A DNA stretch of 64,000 nucleotides from Eledone cirrhosa (lineage: Eukaryota), in NCBI GenBank assembly GCA_964016885.1, contig OZ024741.1, positions 25,482,001-25,546,000 on the forward strand, given 5' to 3'. Numbering within the stretch: the stretch's first letter is position 1; the number at the start of each line of letters is the position of its first letter. The notes below the pieces were generated by a model that made no database searches, had not been told where the DNA came from, and saw only the letters and a program-made list of their open reading frames with translations. Positions 12,001 to 26,940 of the stretch are shown piece by piece. The translations under genes were made by a program, and so were the position numbers.

Positions 12001-15000
12001 AGACACTGTCTATGTTGTTTAACCCTTTCATTACCATATTTCTAATAAAAGACACTATCTATGTTGTTTAACCCTTTCATTACCATATTTCTAATAAAAG
12101 ACACTGTCCATGTTGTTTAACCCTTTCATTACCATATTTCTAATAAAAGACACTGTCTATGTTGTTTAACCCTTTCATTACCATATTTCTAATAAAAGAC
12201 AGTATGTTGTTTAACCCTTTCATTATCATATTTCTAATAAAAGACACTGTCTATGTTGTTTAACCCTTTCATTACCATATTTCTAATAAAAGACACTGTC
12301 TATGTTGTTTAACCCTTTCATTACCATATTTCTAATAAAAGACACTGTCTATGTTGTTTAACCCTTCCATTACCATATTTCTAATAAAAGACACTGTCTA
12401 TGTTGTTTAACCCTTTCATTACCATATTTCTAATAAAAGACACTGTCTATGTTGTTTAACCCTTTCATTACCATATTTCTAATAGAAGACACTGTCTATG
12501 TTGTTTAACCCTTTCATTAATATATATCTAATAAAAGACACTGTCTATGTTGTTTAACCCTTTCATTACCATATTTCTAATAAAAGACACTGTCTATGTT
12601 GTTTAACCCTTTCATTACCATATTTCTAATAAAAGATCCTGTCTATGTTGTTTAACCCTTTCATTACCATATTTCTAATAAAAGACACTGTCTATGTTGT
12701 TTAACCCTTTTATTACCATATTTCTAATAAAAGACAGTCTATGTTGTTTAACCCTTTCATTATCATATTTCTAATAAAAGACACTGTCTATGTTGTTTAA
12801 CTCTTTCATTACCATATTTCTAATAAAAGACACCGTCTATGTTGTTTAACCCTTTCATTATCATATTTCTAATAAAAGACACTGTCTATGTTGTTTAACC
12901 CTTTCATTACCATATTCCTAATAAAAGACACTGTCTATGTTGTTTAACCCTTTCATTACCATATTTCTAATAAAAGACACTGTCTATGTTGTTTAACCCT
13001 TTCATTACCATATTTCTAATAAAAGACACTGTCTATGTTGTTTAACCCTTTCATTATCATATTTCTAATAGAAGACACTGTCTATGTTGTTTAACCCTTT
13101 CATTATCATATTTCTAATAGAAGACACTATGTTGTTTAACCCTTTCATTACCATATTTCTAATAAAAGACACTGTCTATGTTGTTTAACACTTTCATTAC
13201 CATATTTCTAATAAAAGTACACCGTCTATGTTGTTTAACCCTTTCATTATCATATTTCTAATAAAAGACACTGTCTATGTTGTTTAACCCTTTCATTACC
13301 ATATTCCTAATAAAAGACACTGTCTATGTTGTTTAACCCTTTCATTACCATATTTCTAATAAAAGACACTGTCTATGTTGTTTAACCCTTTCATTACCAT
13401 ATTTCTAATAAAAGACACTGTCTATGATGTTTAACCATTTCATTATCATATTTCTAATAAAAGACACTGTCTATGTTGTTTAACCCTTTCATTACCATAT
13501 TTCTAATAAAAGACACTGTCTATGTTGTTTAACCCTTTCATTATCATATTTCTAATAGAAGACACTGTCTATGTTGTTTAACCCTTTCATTATCATATTT
13601 CTAATAGAAGACACTATGTTGTTTAACCCTTTCATTACCATATTTCTAATAAAAGACACTGTCTATGTTTTTTAACCCTTTCATTACCATGTTTCTAATA
13701 AAAGACACTGTCTATGTTGTTTAACCCTTTCATTATCATATTTCTAATAGAAGACACTATGTTGTTTAACCCTTTCATTACCATATTTCTAATAAAAGAC
13801 ATTGTCTATGTTGTTTAACACTTTCATTACCATATTTTTAATAAAAGACAATGTCTATGTTGTTTAACCCTTTCATTACCATATTTCTAATAAAAGACAC
13901 TGTCTATGATGTTTAACCATTTCATTATCATATTTCTAATAAAAGACACTGTCTATGTTGTTTAACCCTTTCATTACCATATTTCTAATAAAAGACACTG
14001 TCTATGTTGTTTAACCCTTTCATTACCAAATTTCTAATAAAAGACACTGTCTATGTTGTTTAACCCTTTCATTACCATATTTCTAATAAAAGACACTGTC
14101 TATGTTGTTTAACCCTTTCATTACCATGTTTCTAATAAAAGACACTGTCTATGTTGTTTAACCCTTTCATTACCATATTTCTAAGAAAAGACAGTCTATG
14201 TTGTTTAACCCTTTCATTATCATATTTCTAATAAAAGACACTGTCTATGTTGTTTAACCCTTTCATTATCATATTTCTAATAAAAGACACTGTCTATGTT
14301 GTTTAACCCTTTCATTACCATATTTCTAATAAAAGACACTGTCTATGTTGTTTAACCCTTTCATTACCATATTTCTAATAAAAGACACTGTCCATGTTGT
14401 TTAACCCTTTCATTACCATATTTCTAATAAAAGACACTGTCTATGTTGTTTAACCCTTTCATTACCATATTTCTAATAAAAGAGAGTATGTTGTTTAACC
14501 CTTTCATTATCATATTTCTAATAAAAGACACTGTCTATGTTGTTTAACCCTTTCATTACAATATTTCTAATAAAAGACGCTGTCTATGTTGTTTAACCCT
14601 TTCATTACCATATTTCTAATAAAAGACACTGTCTATGTTGTTTAACCCTTTCATTACCATATTTCTAATAAAAGACACTGTCTATATTGTTTAACCCTTT
14701 CATTACCATATTTCTAATAAAAGACACTGTCTATGTTGTTTAACCCTTTCATTATCATATTTCTAATAAAAGACACTGTCTATGTTGTTTAACTTTTCAT
14801 TACCATATTTCTAATAAAAGACACTGTCTATGTTGTTTAACCCTTTCATTACCATATTTCTAATAAAAGACACTGTCTATGTTGATTAACCCTTTCATTA
14901 CCATATTTCTAATAAAAGACACTGTCTATGTTGTTTAACCCTTTCATTACCATATTTCTAATAAAAGACACTGTCTATGTTGTTTAACCCTTTCATTACC

Positions 15001-18000
15001 ATATTTCTAATAAAAGACACTGTCTATGTTGTTTAACCCTTTCATTACCATATTTCTAATAGAAGACACTGTCTATGTTGTTTAACCCTTTCATTATCAT
15101 ATTTCTAATAAAAGACACTGTCTATGTTGTTTAACCCTTTCATTACCATATTTCTAATAAAAGACACTGTCTATGTTGTTTAACCCTTTCATTACCATAT
15201 TTCTAATAAAAGACACTGTCTATGTTGTTTAACCATTTCATTACCATATTTCTAATAAAAGACACTGTCTATGTTGTTTAACCCTTTCATTATCATATTT
15301 CTAATAAAAGACACTGTCTATGTTGTTTAACCCTTTCATTACCATATTTCTAATAAAAGACACTGTCTATGTTGTTTAACCCTTTCATTACCATATTTCT
15401 AATAAAAGACACTGTCTATGTTGTTTAACCCTTTCATTACCATATTTCTAATAAAAGACACTGTCTATGTTGTTTAACCCTTTCATTACCATATTTGTAA
15501 TAAAAGACAGTGTGTTGTTTAACCCTTTCATTATCATATTTCTAATAAAAGACACTGTCTATGTTGTTTAATCCTTTCATTACCATATTTCTAATAAAAG
15601 ACGCTGTCTATGTTGTTTAACCCTTTCATTACCATATTTCTAATAAAAGACACTGTCTATGTTGTTTAACCCTTTCATTACCATATTTCTAATAAAAGAC
15701 ACTGTCTATGTTGTTTAACCCTTTCATTACCATATTTCTAATAAAAGACACTGTCTATGTTGTTTAACCCTTTCATTACCATATTTCTAATAGAAGACAC
15801 TGTCTATGTTGTTTAACCCTTTCATTATCATATTTCTAATAAAAGACACTGTCTATGTTGTTTAACCCTTTCATTACCATAATTCTAATAAAAGACACTG
15901 TCTATGTTGTTTAACCCTTTCATTACCATATTTCTAATAAAAGACACTGTCTATGTTGTTTAACCCTTTCATTACCATATTTCTAATAAAAGACACTGTC
16001 TATGTTGTTTAACCCTTTCATTATCATATTTCTAATAAAAGACACTGTCTATGTTGTTTAACCCTTTCATTACCATATTTCTAATAGAAGACACTGTCTA
16101 TGTTGTTTAACCCTTTCATTACCATATTTCTAATAAAAGACACTGTCTATGTTGTTTAACCCTTTCATTACCATATTTCTAATAAAAGACACTGTCTATG
16201 TTGTTTAACCCTTTCATTACCATATTTCTAATAAAAGACACTGTCTATGTTGTTTAACCCTTTCATTACCATATTTCTAATAGAAGACACTGTCTATGTT
16301 GTTTAACCCTTTCATTATCATATTTCTAATAAAACACACTGTCTATGTTGTTTAACCCTTTCATTACCATATTTCTAATAAAAGACACTGTCTATGTTGT
16401 TTAACCCTTTCATTACCATATTTCTAATAAAAGACACTGTCTATGTTGTTTAACCCTTTCATCACCATATATCTAATAAAAGACACTGTCTATGTTGTTT
16501 AACCCTTTCATTACCATATTTCTAATAAAAGACACTGTCTATGTTGTTTAACCCTTTCATTACCATATTTCTAATAAAAGACAGTGTGTTGTTTAACCCT
16601 TTCATTATCATATTTCTAATAAAAGACACTGTCTATGTTGTTTAATCCTTTCATTACCATATTTCTAATAAAAGACGCTGTCTATGTTGTTTAACCCTTT
16701 CATTACCATATTTCTAATAAAAGACACTGTCTATGTTGTTTAACCCTTTCATTACCATATTTCTAATAAAAGACACTGTCTATGTTGTTTAACCCTTTCA
16801 TTACCATATTTCTAATAAAAGACACTGTCTATGATGTTTAACCATTTCATTATCATATTTCTAATAAAAGACACTGTCTATGTTGTTTAACCCTTTCATT
16901 ACCATATTTCTAATAAAAGACACTGTCTATGTTGTTTAACCCTTTCATTACCAAATTTCTAATAAAAGACACTGTCTATGTTGTTTAACCCTTTCATTAC
17001 CATATTTCTAATAAAAGACACTGTCTATGTTGTTTAACCCTTTCATTACCATGTTTCTAATAAAAGACACTGTCTATGTTGTTTAACCCTTTCATTACCA
17101 TATTTCTAATAAAAGACACTGTCTATGTTGTTTAACCCTTTCATTACCATATTTCTAATAAAAGACACTGTCTATGTTGTTTAACCCTTTCATTACCATA
17201 TTTCTAATAAAAGACAGTATGTTGTTTAACCCTTTCATTATCATATTTCTAATAAAAGACACTGTCTGTGTTGTTTAACCCTTTCATTACAATATTTCTA
17301 ATAAAAGACGCTGTCTATGTTGTTTAACCCTTTCATTACCATATTTCTAATAAAGGACACTGTCTATGTTGTTTAACCATTTCATTACCATATTTCTAAT
17401 AAAAGACACTATCTATGTTGTTTAACCCTTTCATTACCATATTTCTAATAAAAGACACTGTCTATGTTGTTTAACCCTTTCATTATCATATTTCTAATAA
17501 AAGACACTGTCTATGTTGTTTAACTTTTCATTACCATATTTCTAATAAAAGACACTGTCTATGTTGTTTAACCCTTTCATTACCATATTTCTAATAAAAG
17601 ACACTGTCTATGTTGTTTAACCCTTTCATTACCATATTTCTAATAAAAGACACTGTCTATGTTGTTTAACCCTTCCATTACCATATTTCTAATAAAAGAC
17701 ACTGTCTATGTTGTTTAACCCTTTCATTACCATATTTCTAATAAAAGACACTGTCTATGTTGTTTAACCCTTTCATTACCATATTTCTAATAGAAGACAC
17801 TGTCTATGTTGTTTAACCCTTTCATTATCATATTTCTAATAAAAGACACTGTCTATGTTGTTTAACCCTTTCATTACCATATTTCTAATAAAAGACACTG
17901 TCTATGTTGTTTAACCCTTTCATTACCATATTTCTAATAAAAGATCCTGTCTATGTTGTTTAACCCTTTCATTACCATATTTCTAATAAAAGACACTGTC

Positions 18001-19500
18001 TATGTTGTTTAACCCTTTTATTACCATATTTCTAATAAAAGACAGTCTATGTTGTTTAACCCTTTCATTATCATATTTCTAATAAAAGACACTGTCTATG
18101 TTGTTTAACTCTTTCATTACCATATTTCTAATAAAAGACACCGTCTATGTTGTTTAACCCTTTCATTATCATATTTCTAATAAAAGACACTGTCTATGTT
18201 GTTTAACCCTTTCATTACCATATTCCTAATAAAAGACACTGTCTATGTTGTTTAACCCTTTCATTACCATATTTCTAATAAAAGACACTGTCTATGTTGT
18301 TTAACCCTTTCATTACCATATTTCTAATAAAAGACACTGTCTATGATGTTTAACCATTTCATTATCATATTTCTAATAAAAGACACTGTCTATGTTGTTT
18401 AACCCTTTCATTACCATATTTCTAATAAAAGACACTGTCTATGTTGTTTAACCCTTTCATTATCATATTTCTAATAGAAGACACTGTCTATGTTGTTTAA
18501 CCCTTTCATTATCATATTTCTAATAGAAGACACTATGTTGTTTAACCCTTTCATTACCATATTTCTAATAAAAGACACTGTCTATGTTGTTTAACACTTT
18601 CATTACCATATTTCTAATAAAAGACACCGTCTATGTTGTTTAACCCTTTCATTATCATATTTCTAATAAAAGACACTGTCTATGTTGTTTAACCCTTTCA
18701 TTACCATATTCCTAATAAAAGACACTGTCTATGTTGTTTAACCCTTTCATTACCATATTTCTAATAAAAGACACTGTCTATGATGTTTAACCATTTCATT
18801 ATCATATTTCTAATAAAAGACACTGTCTATGTTGTTTAACCCTTTCATTACCATATTTCTAATAAAAGACACTGTCTATGTTGTTTAACCCTTTCATTAT
18901 CATATTTCTAATAGAAGACACTGTCTATGTTGTTTAACCCTTTCATTATCATATTTCTAATAGAAGACACTATGTTGTTTAACCCTTTCATTACCATATT
19001 TCTAATAAAAGACACTGTCTATGTTGTTTAACACTTTCATTACCATATTTCTAATAAAAGACACTGTCTATGTTGTTTAACCCTTTCATTACCATATTTC
19101 TAATAAAAGACACTGTCTATGATGTTTAACCATTTCATTATCATATTTCTAATAAAAGACACCGTCTATGTTGTTTAACCCTTTCATTATCATATTTCTA
19201 ATAAAAGACACTGTCTATGTTGTTTAACCCTTTCATTACCATATTTCTTATAAAAGACACTGTCTATGTTGTTTAACCCTTTCATTACCAAATTTCTAAT
19301 AAAAGACACTGTCTATGTTGTTTAACCCTTTCATTACCATATTTCTAATAAAAGACACTGTCTATGTTGTTTAACCCTTTCATTACCATGTTTCTAATAA
19401 AACACACTGTCTATGTTGTTTAACCCTTTCATTATCATATTTCTAATAGAAGACACTGTCTATGTTGTTTAACCCTTTCATTATCATATTTCTAATAGAA
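1..19500. repeat. Large higher-order duplication: block 1-11410 followed by an internally shortened copy starting at 11411
   Basis: Rare markers pair at offset 11,410: CTTTCATTAATATATATC 1101/12511, GTACACCG 1807/13217, AGAGAGTATG 3071/14481, GTTGATTAAC 3471/14881. The offset then drops to 11,116 (GTAATAAAAGACAGTGTG 4381/15497), 10,969 (TAAAACACAC 5361/16330) and 8,322 (AAGGACAC 9031/17353, GATCCT 9621/17943, ATTTCTTATA 10921/19243). Right boundary approximate. Confidence 0.9.
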
Positions 19501-22500
19501 GACACTATGTTGTTTAACCCTTTCATTACCATATTTCTAATAAAAGACACTGTCTATGTTGTTTAACACTTTCATTACCATATTTCTAATAAAAGACACT
19601 GTCTATGTTGTTTAACCCTTTCATTACCAAATTTCTAATAAAAGACACTGTCTATGTTGTTTAACCCTTTCATTACCATATTTCTAATAAAAGACACTGT
19701 CTATGTTGTTTAACCCTTTCATTACCATGTTTCTAATAAAAGACACTGTCTATGTTGTTTAACCCTTTCATTACCATATTTCTAAGAAAAGACAGTCTAT
19801 GTTGTTTAACCCTTTCATTATCATATTTCTAATAAAAGACACTGTCTATGTTGTTTAACCCTTTCATTATCATATTTCTAATAAAAGACACTGTCTATGT
19901 TGTTTAACCCTTTCATTACCATATTTCTAATAAAAGACACTGTCTATGTTGTTTAACCCTTTCATTAACATATTTCTAATAAAAGACACTGTCCATGTTG
20001 TTTAACCCTTTCATTACCATATTTCTAATAAAAGACACTGTCTATGTTGTTTAACCCTTTCATTACCATATTTCTAATAAAAGACAGTATGTTGTTTAAC
20101 CCTTTCATTATCATATTTCTAATAAAAGACACTGTCTATGTTGTTTAACCCTTTCATTACAATATTTCTAATAAAAGACGCTGTCTATGTTGTTTAACCC
20201 TTTCATTACCATATTTCTAATAAAAGACACTGTCTATGTTGTTTAACTCTTTCATTACCATATTTCTAATAAAAGACACTGTCTATATTGTTTAACCCTT
20301 TCATTACCATATTTCTAATAAAAGACACTGTCTATGTTGTTTAACCCTTTCATTATCATATTTCTAATAAAAGACACTGTCTATGTTGTTTAACTTTTCA
20401 TTACCATATTTCTAATAAAAGACACTGTCTATGTTGTTTAACCCTTTCATTACCATATTTCTAATAAAAGACACTGTCTATGTTGTTTAACCCTTTCATT
20501 ACCATATTTCTAATAAAAGACACTGTCTATGTTGTTTAACCCTTTCATTACCATATTTCTAATAAAAGACACTGTCTATGTTGTTTAACCCTTTCATTAC
20601 CATATTTCTAATAAAAGACACTGTCTATGTTGTTTAACCCTTTCATTACCATATTTCTAATAAAAGACACTGTCTATGTTGTTTAACCCTTTCATTACCA
20701 TATTTCTAATAAAAGACACTGTCTATGTTGTTTAACCCTTTCATTACCATATTTCTAATAAAAGACACTGTCTATGTTGTTTAACCCTTTCATTACCAAA
20801 TTTCTAATAAAAGACACTGTCTATGTTGTTTAACCCTTTCATTACCATATTTCTAATAAAAGACACTGTCTATGTTGTTTAACCCTTTCATTACCATGTT
20901 TCTAATAAAAGACACTGTCTATGTTGTTTAACCCTTTCATTACCATATTTCTAATAAAAGACACTGTCTATGTTGTTTAACCCTTTCATTACCATATTTC
21001 TAATAAAAGACACTGTCTATGTTGTTTAACCCTTTCATTACCATATTTCTAATAAAAGACAGTATGTTGTTTAACCCTTTCATTATCATATTTCTAATAA
21101 AAGACACTGTCTGTGTTGTTTAACCCTTTCATTACAATATTTCTAATGAAAGACGCTGTCTATGTTGTTTAACCCTTTCATTACCATATTTCTAATAAAG
21201 GACACTGTCTATGTTGTTTAACCCTTTCATTACCATATTTCTAATAAAAGACACTATCTATGTTGTTTAACCCTTTCATTACCATATTTCTAATAAAAGA
21301 CACTGTCTATGTTGTTTAACCCTTTCATTACCAGATTTCTAATAAAAGACACTGTCTATGATGTTTAACCATTTCATTATCATATTTCTAATAAAAGACA
21401 CTGTCTATGTTGTTTAACCCTTTCATTACCATATTTCTAATAAAAGACACTGTCTATGTTGTTTAACCCTTTCATTATCATATTTCTAATAGAAGACACT
21501 GTCTATGTTGTTTAACCCTTTCATTATCATATTTCTAATAGAAGACACTATGTTGTTTAACCCTTTCATTACCATATTTCTAATAAAAGACACTGTCTAT
21601 GTTGTTTAACACTTTCATTACCATATTTCTAATAAAAGACACCGTCTATGTTGTTTAACCCTTTCATTATCATATTTCTAATAAAAGACACTGTCTATGT
21701 TGTTTAACCCTTTCATTACCATATTCCTAATAAAAGACACTGTCTATGTTGTTTAACCCTTTCATTACCATATTTCTAATAAAAGACACTGTCTATGATG
21801 TTTAACCATTTCATTATCATATTTCTAATAAAAGACACTGTCTATGTTGTTTAACCCTTTCATTACCATATTTCTAATAAAAGACACTGTCTATGTTGTT
21901 TAACCCTTTCATTATCATATTTCGAATAGAAGACACTGTCTATGTTGTTTAACCCTTTCATTATCATATTTCTAATAGAAGACACTATGTTGTTTAACCC
22001 TTTCATTACCATATTTCTAATAAAAGACACTGTCTATGTTGTTTAACACTTTCATTACCATATTTCTAATAAAAGACACTGTCTATGTTGTTTAACCCTT
22101 TCATTACCATATTTCTAATAAAAGACACTGTCTATGATGTTTAACCATTTCATTATCATATTTCTAATAAAAGACACTGTCTATGTTGTTTAACCCTTTC
22201 ATTACCATATTTCTTATAAAAGACACTGTCTATGTTGTTTAACCCTTTCATTACCAAATTTCTAATAAAAGACACTGTCTATGTTGTTTAACCCTTTCAT
22301 TACCATATTTCTAATAAAAGACACTGTCTATGTTGTTTAACCCTTTCATTACCATGTTTCTAATAAAACACACTGTCTATGTTGTTTAACCCTTTCATTA
22401 TCATACTTCTAATAGAAGACACTGTCTATGTTGTTTAACCCTTTCATTATCATATTTCTAATAGAAGACACTATGTTGTTTAACCCTTTCATTACCATAT

Positions 22501-23700
22501 TTCTAATAAAAGACACTGTCTATGTTGTTTAACACTTTCATTACCATATTTCTAATAAAAGACACTGTCTATGTTGTTTAACCCTTTCATTACCAAATTT
22601 CTAATAAAAGACACTGTCTATGTTGTTTAACCCTTTCATTACCATATTTCTAATAAAAGACACTGTCTATGTTGTTTAACCCTTTCATTACCAAATTTCT
22701 AATAAAAGACACTGTCTATGTTGTTTAACCCTTTCATTACCATATTTCTAAGAAAAGACAGTCTATGTTGTTTAACCCTTTCATTATCATATTTCTAATA
22801 AAAGACACTGTCTATGTTGTTTAACCCTTTCATTATCATATTTCTAATAAAAGACACTGTCTATGTTGTTTAACCCTTTCATTACCATATTTCTAATAAA
22901 AGACACTGTCTATGTTGTTTAACCCTTTCATTACCACATTTCTAATAAAAGACACTGTCCATGTTGTTTAACCCTTTCATTACCATATTTCTAATAAAAG
23001 ACACTGTCTATGTTGTTTAACCCTTTCATTACCATATTTCTAATAAAAGACAGTATGTTGTTTAACCCTTTCATTATCATATTTCTAATAAAAGACACTG
23101 TCTATGTTGTTTAACCCTTTCATTACAATATTTCTAATAAAAGACGCTGTCTATGTTGTTTAACCCTTTCATTACAATATTTCTAATAAAAGACACTGTC
23201 TATGTTGTTTAACCCTTTCATTACCATATTTCTAATAAAAGACACTGTCTATATTGTTTAACCCTTTCATTACCATATTTCTAATAAAAGACACTGTCTA
23301 TGTTGTTTAACCCTTTCATTATCATATTTCTAATAAAAGACACTGTCTATGTTGTTTAACTTTTCATTACCATATTTCTAATAAAAGACACTGTCTATGT
23401 TGTTTAACCCTTTCATTACCATATTTCTAATAAAAGACACTGTCTATGTTGTTTAACCCTTTCATTACCATATTTCTAATAAAAGACACTGTCTATGTTG
23501 TTTAACCCTTTCATTACCATATTTCTAATAAAAGACACTGTCTATGTTGTTTAACCCTTTCATTACCATATTTCTAATAAAAGACACTGTCTATGTTGTT
23601 TAACCCTTTCATTACCATATTTCTAATAAAAGACACTGTCTATGTTGTTTAACCCTTTCATTACCATATTTCTAATAAAAGACACTGTCTATGTTGTTTA
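18300..23700. repeat. Higher-order duplication, offset 2,966 bp
   Basis: ATTTCTTATA 19243/22209, AACACAC 19401/22367 and ATATTG 20285/23251 all differ by 2,966. Boundaries approximate. Confidence 0.8.
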
Positions 23701-25209
23701 ACCCTTTCATTACCATATTTCTAATAAAAGACACTGCCTATGTTGTTTAACCATTTCATTACCATATTTCTAATAAAAGACACTGTCTATGTTGTTTAAC
23801 CCTTTCATTATCATATTTCTAATAAAAGACACTGTCTATGTTGTTTAACCCTTTCATTACCATATTTCTAATAAAAGACACTGTCTATGTTGTTTAACCC
23901 TTTCATTACCATATTTCTAATAAAAGACACTGTCTATGTTGTTTAACCCTTTCATTACCATATTTCTAATAAAAGACACTGTCTATGTTGTTTAACCCTT
24001 TCATTACCATATTTCTAATAAAAGACACTGTCTATGTTGTTTAACCCTTTCATTATCATATTTCTAATAAAAGACACTGTCTATGTTGTTTAACCCTTTC
24101 ATTACCATATTTCTAATAAAAGACACTGTCTATGTTGTTTAACCCTTTCATTACCATATTTCTAATAAAAGACACTGTCTATGTTGTTTAACCCTTTCAT
24201 TACCATATTTCTAATAAAAGACACTGTCTATGTTGTTTAACCCTTTCATTACCATATTTCTAATAAAAGACACTGTCTATGTTGTTTAACCCTTTCATTA
24301 CCATATTTGTAATAAAAGACAGTGTGTTGTTTAACCCTTTCATTATCATATTTCTAATAAAAGACACTGTCTATGTTGTTTAATCCTTTCATTACCATAT
24401 TTCTAATAAAAGTCGCTGTCTATGTTGTTTAACCCTTTCATTACCATATTTCTAATAAAAGACACTGTCTATGTTGTTTAACCCTTTCATTACCATATTT
24501 CTAATAAAAGACACTGTCTATGTTGTTTAACCCTTTCATTACCATATTTCTAATAAAAGACACTGTCTATGTTGTTTAACCCTTTCATTACCATATTTCT
24601 AATAGAAGACACTGTCTATGTTGTTTAACCCTTTCATTATCATATTTCTAATAAAAGACACTGTCTATGTTGTTTAACCCTTTCATTACCATAATTCTAA
24701 TAAAAGACACTGTCTATGTTGTTTAACCCTTTCATTACCATATTTCTAATAAAAGACACTGTCTATGTTGTTTAACCCTTTCATTACCATATTTCTAATA
24801 GAAGACACTGTCTATGTTGTTTAACCCTTTCATTATCATATTTCTAATAAAAGACACTGTCTATGTTGTTTAACCCTTTCATTACCATATTTCTAATAAA
24901 AGACACTGTCTATGTTGTTTAACCCTTTCATTACCATATTTCTAATAAAAGACACTGTCTATGTTGTTTAACCCTTTCATTACCATATTTCTAATAAAAG
25001 ACACTGTCTATGTTGTTTAACCCTTTCATTACCATATTTCTAATAAAAGACACTGTCTATGTTGTTTAACCCTTTCATTACCATATTTCTAATAAAAGAC
25101 AGTGTGTTGTTTAACCCTTTCATTATCATATTTCTAATAAAAGACACTGTCTATGTTGTTTAATCCTTTCATTACCATATTTCTAATAAAAGACGCTGTC
25201 TATGTTGTT

Positions 25210-26940
25210 TAACCCTTTCATTACCATATTTCTAATAAAAGACACTGTCTATGTTGTTTAACCCTTTCATTACCATATTTCTAATAAAAGACACTGTCTA
25301 TGTTGTTTAACCCTTTCATTATCATATTTCTAATAAAAGACACTGTCTATATTGTTTAACCCTTTCATTACCATATTTCTAATAAAAGACACTGTCTATG
25401 TTGTTTAACCCTTTCATTACCATATTTCTAATAAAAGACAGTATGTTGTTTAACCCTTTCATTATCATATTTCTAATAAAAGACACTGTCTATGTTGTTT
25501 AACCCTTTCATTACCATATTTCTAATAAAAGACGCTGTCTATGTTGTTTAACCCTTTCATTACCATATTTCTAATAAAAGACACTGTCTATGTTGTTTAA
25601 CCCTTTCATTACCATATTTCTAATAAAAGACACTGTCTATGTTGTTTCACCCTTTCATTACTATATTTCTAATAAAAGACACTGTCTATGTTGTTTAACC
25701 CTTTCATTACCATATTTCTAATAAAAGACACTGTCTATGTTGTTTAACCCTTTCATTACCATATTTCTAATAAAAGACACTGTCTATGTTGTTTAACCCT
25801 TTCATTACCATATTTCTAATAAAAGACACTGTCTATGTTGTTTAACCCTTTCATTACCATATTTCTAATAGAAGACACTGTCTATGTTGTTTAACCCTTT
25901 CATTATCATATTTCTGATAAAAGACACTGTCTATGTTGTTTAACCCTTTCATTACCATATTTCTAATAAAAGACACTGTCTATGTTGTTTAACCCTTTCA
26001 TTACCATATTTCTAATAAAAGACACTGTCTATGTTGTTTAACCCTTTCATTACCATATTTCTAATAAAAGACACTGTCTATGTTGTTTAACCCTTTCATT
26101 ACCATATTTCTAATAAAAGACACTGTCTATGTTGTTTAACCCTTTCATTATCATATTTCTAATAAAAGACACTGTCTATATTGTTTAACCCTTTCATTAC
26201 CATATTTCTAATAAAAGACACTGTCTATGTTGTTTAACCCTTTCATTACCATATTTCTAATAAAAGACAGTATGTTGTTTAACCCTTTCATTATCATATT
26301 TCTAATAAAAGACACTGTCTATGTTGTTTAACCCTTTCATTACCATATTTCTAATAAAAGACGCTGTCTATGTTGTTTAACCCTTTCATTACCATATTTC
26401 TAATAAAAGACACTGTCTATGTTGTTTAACCCTTTCATTACCATATTTCTAATAAAAGACACTGTCTATGTTGTTTCACCCTTTCATTACTATATTTCTA
26501 ATAAAAGACACTGTCTATGTTGTTTAACCCTTTCATTACCATATTTCTAATAAAAGACACTGTCTATGTTGTTTAACCCTTTCATTACCATATTTCTAAT
26601 AAAAGACACTGTCTATGTTGTTTAACCCTTTCATTACCATATTTCTAATAAAAGACACTGTCTATGTTGTTTAACCCTTTCATTACCATATTTCTAATAG
26701 AAGACACTGTCTATGTTGTTTAACCCTTTCATTATCATATTTCTGATAAAAGACACTGTCTATGTTGTTTAACCCTTTCATTACCATATTTCTAATAAAA
26801 GACACTGTCTATGTTGTTTAACCCTTTCATTACCATATTTCTAATAAAAGACACTGTCTATGTTGTTTAACCCTTTCATTACCATATTTCTAATAAAAGA
26901 CACTGTCTATGTTGTTTAACCCTTTCATTATCATATTTCT
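25210..26940. repeat. 17-monomer higher-order repeat (829 bp), two tandem copies
   Basis: GTTGTTTCACC...ATTACTAT at 25641/26470 and the G of TTCTGATAA at 25916/26745. 829 = 17x49 - 4, with one GACAGTATG -4 monomer per unit. Confidence 0.85.
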
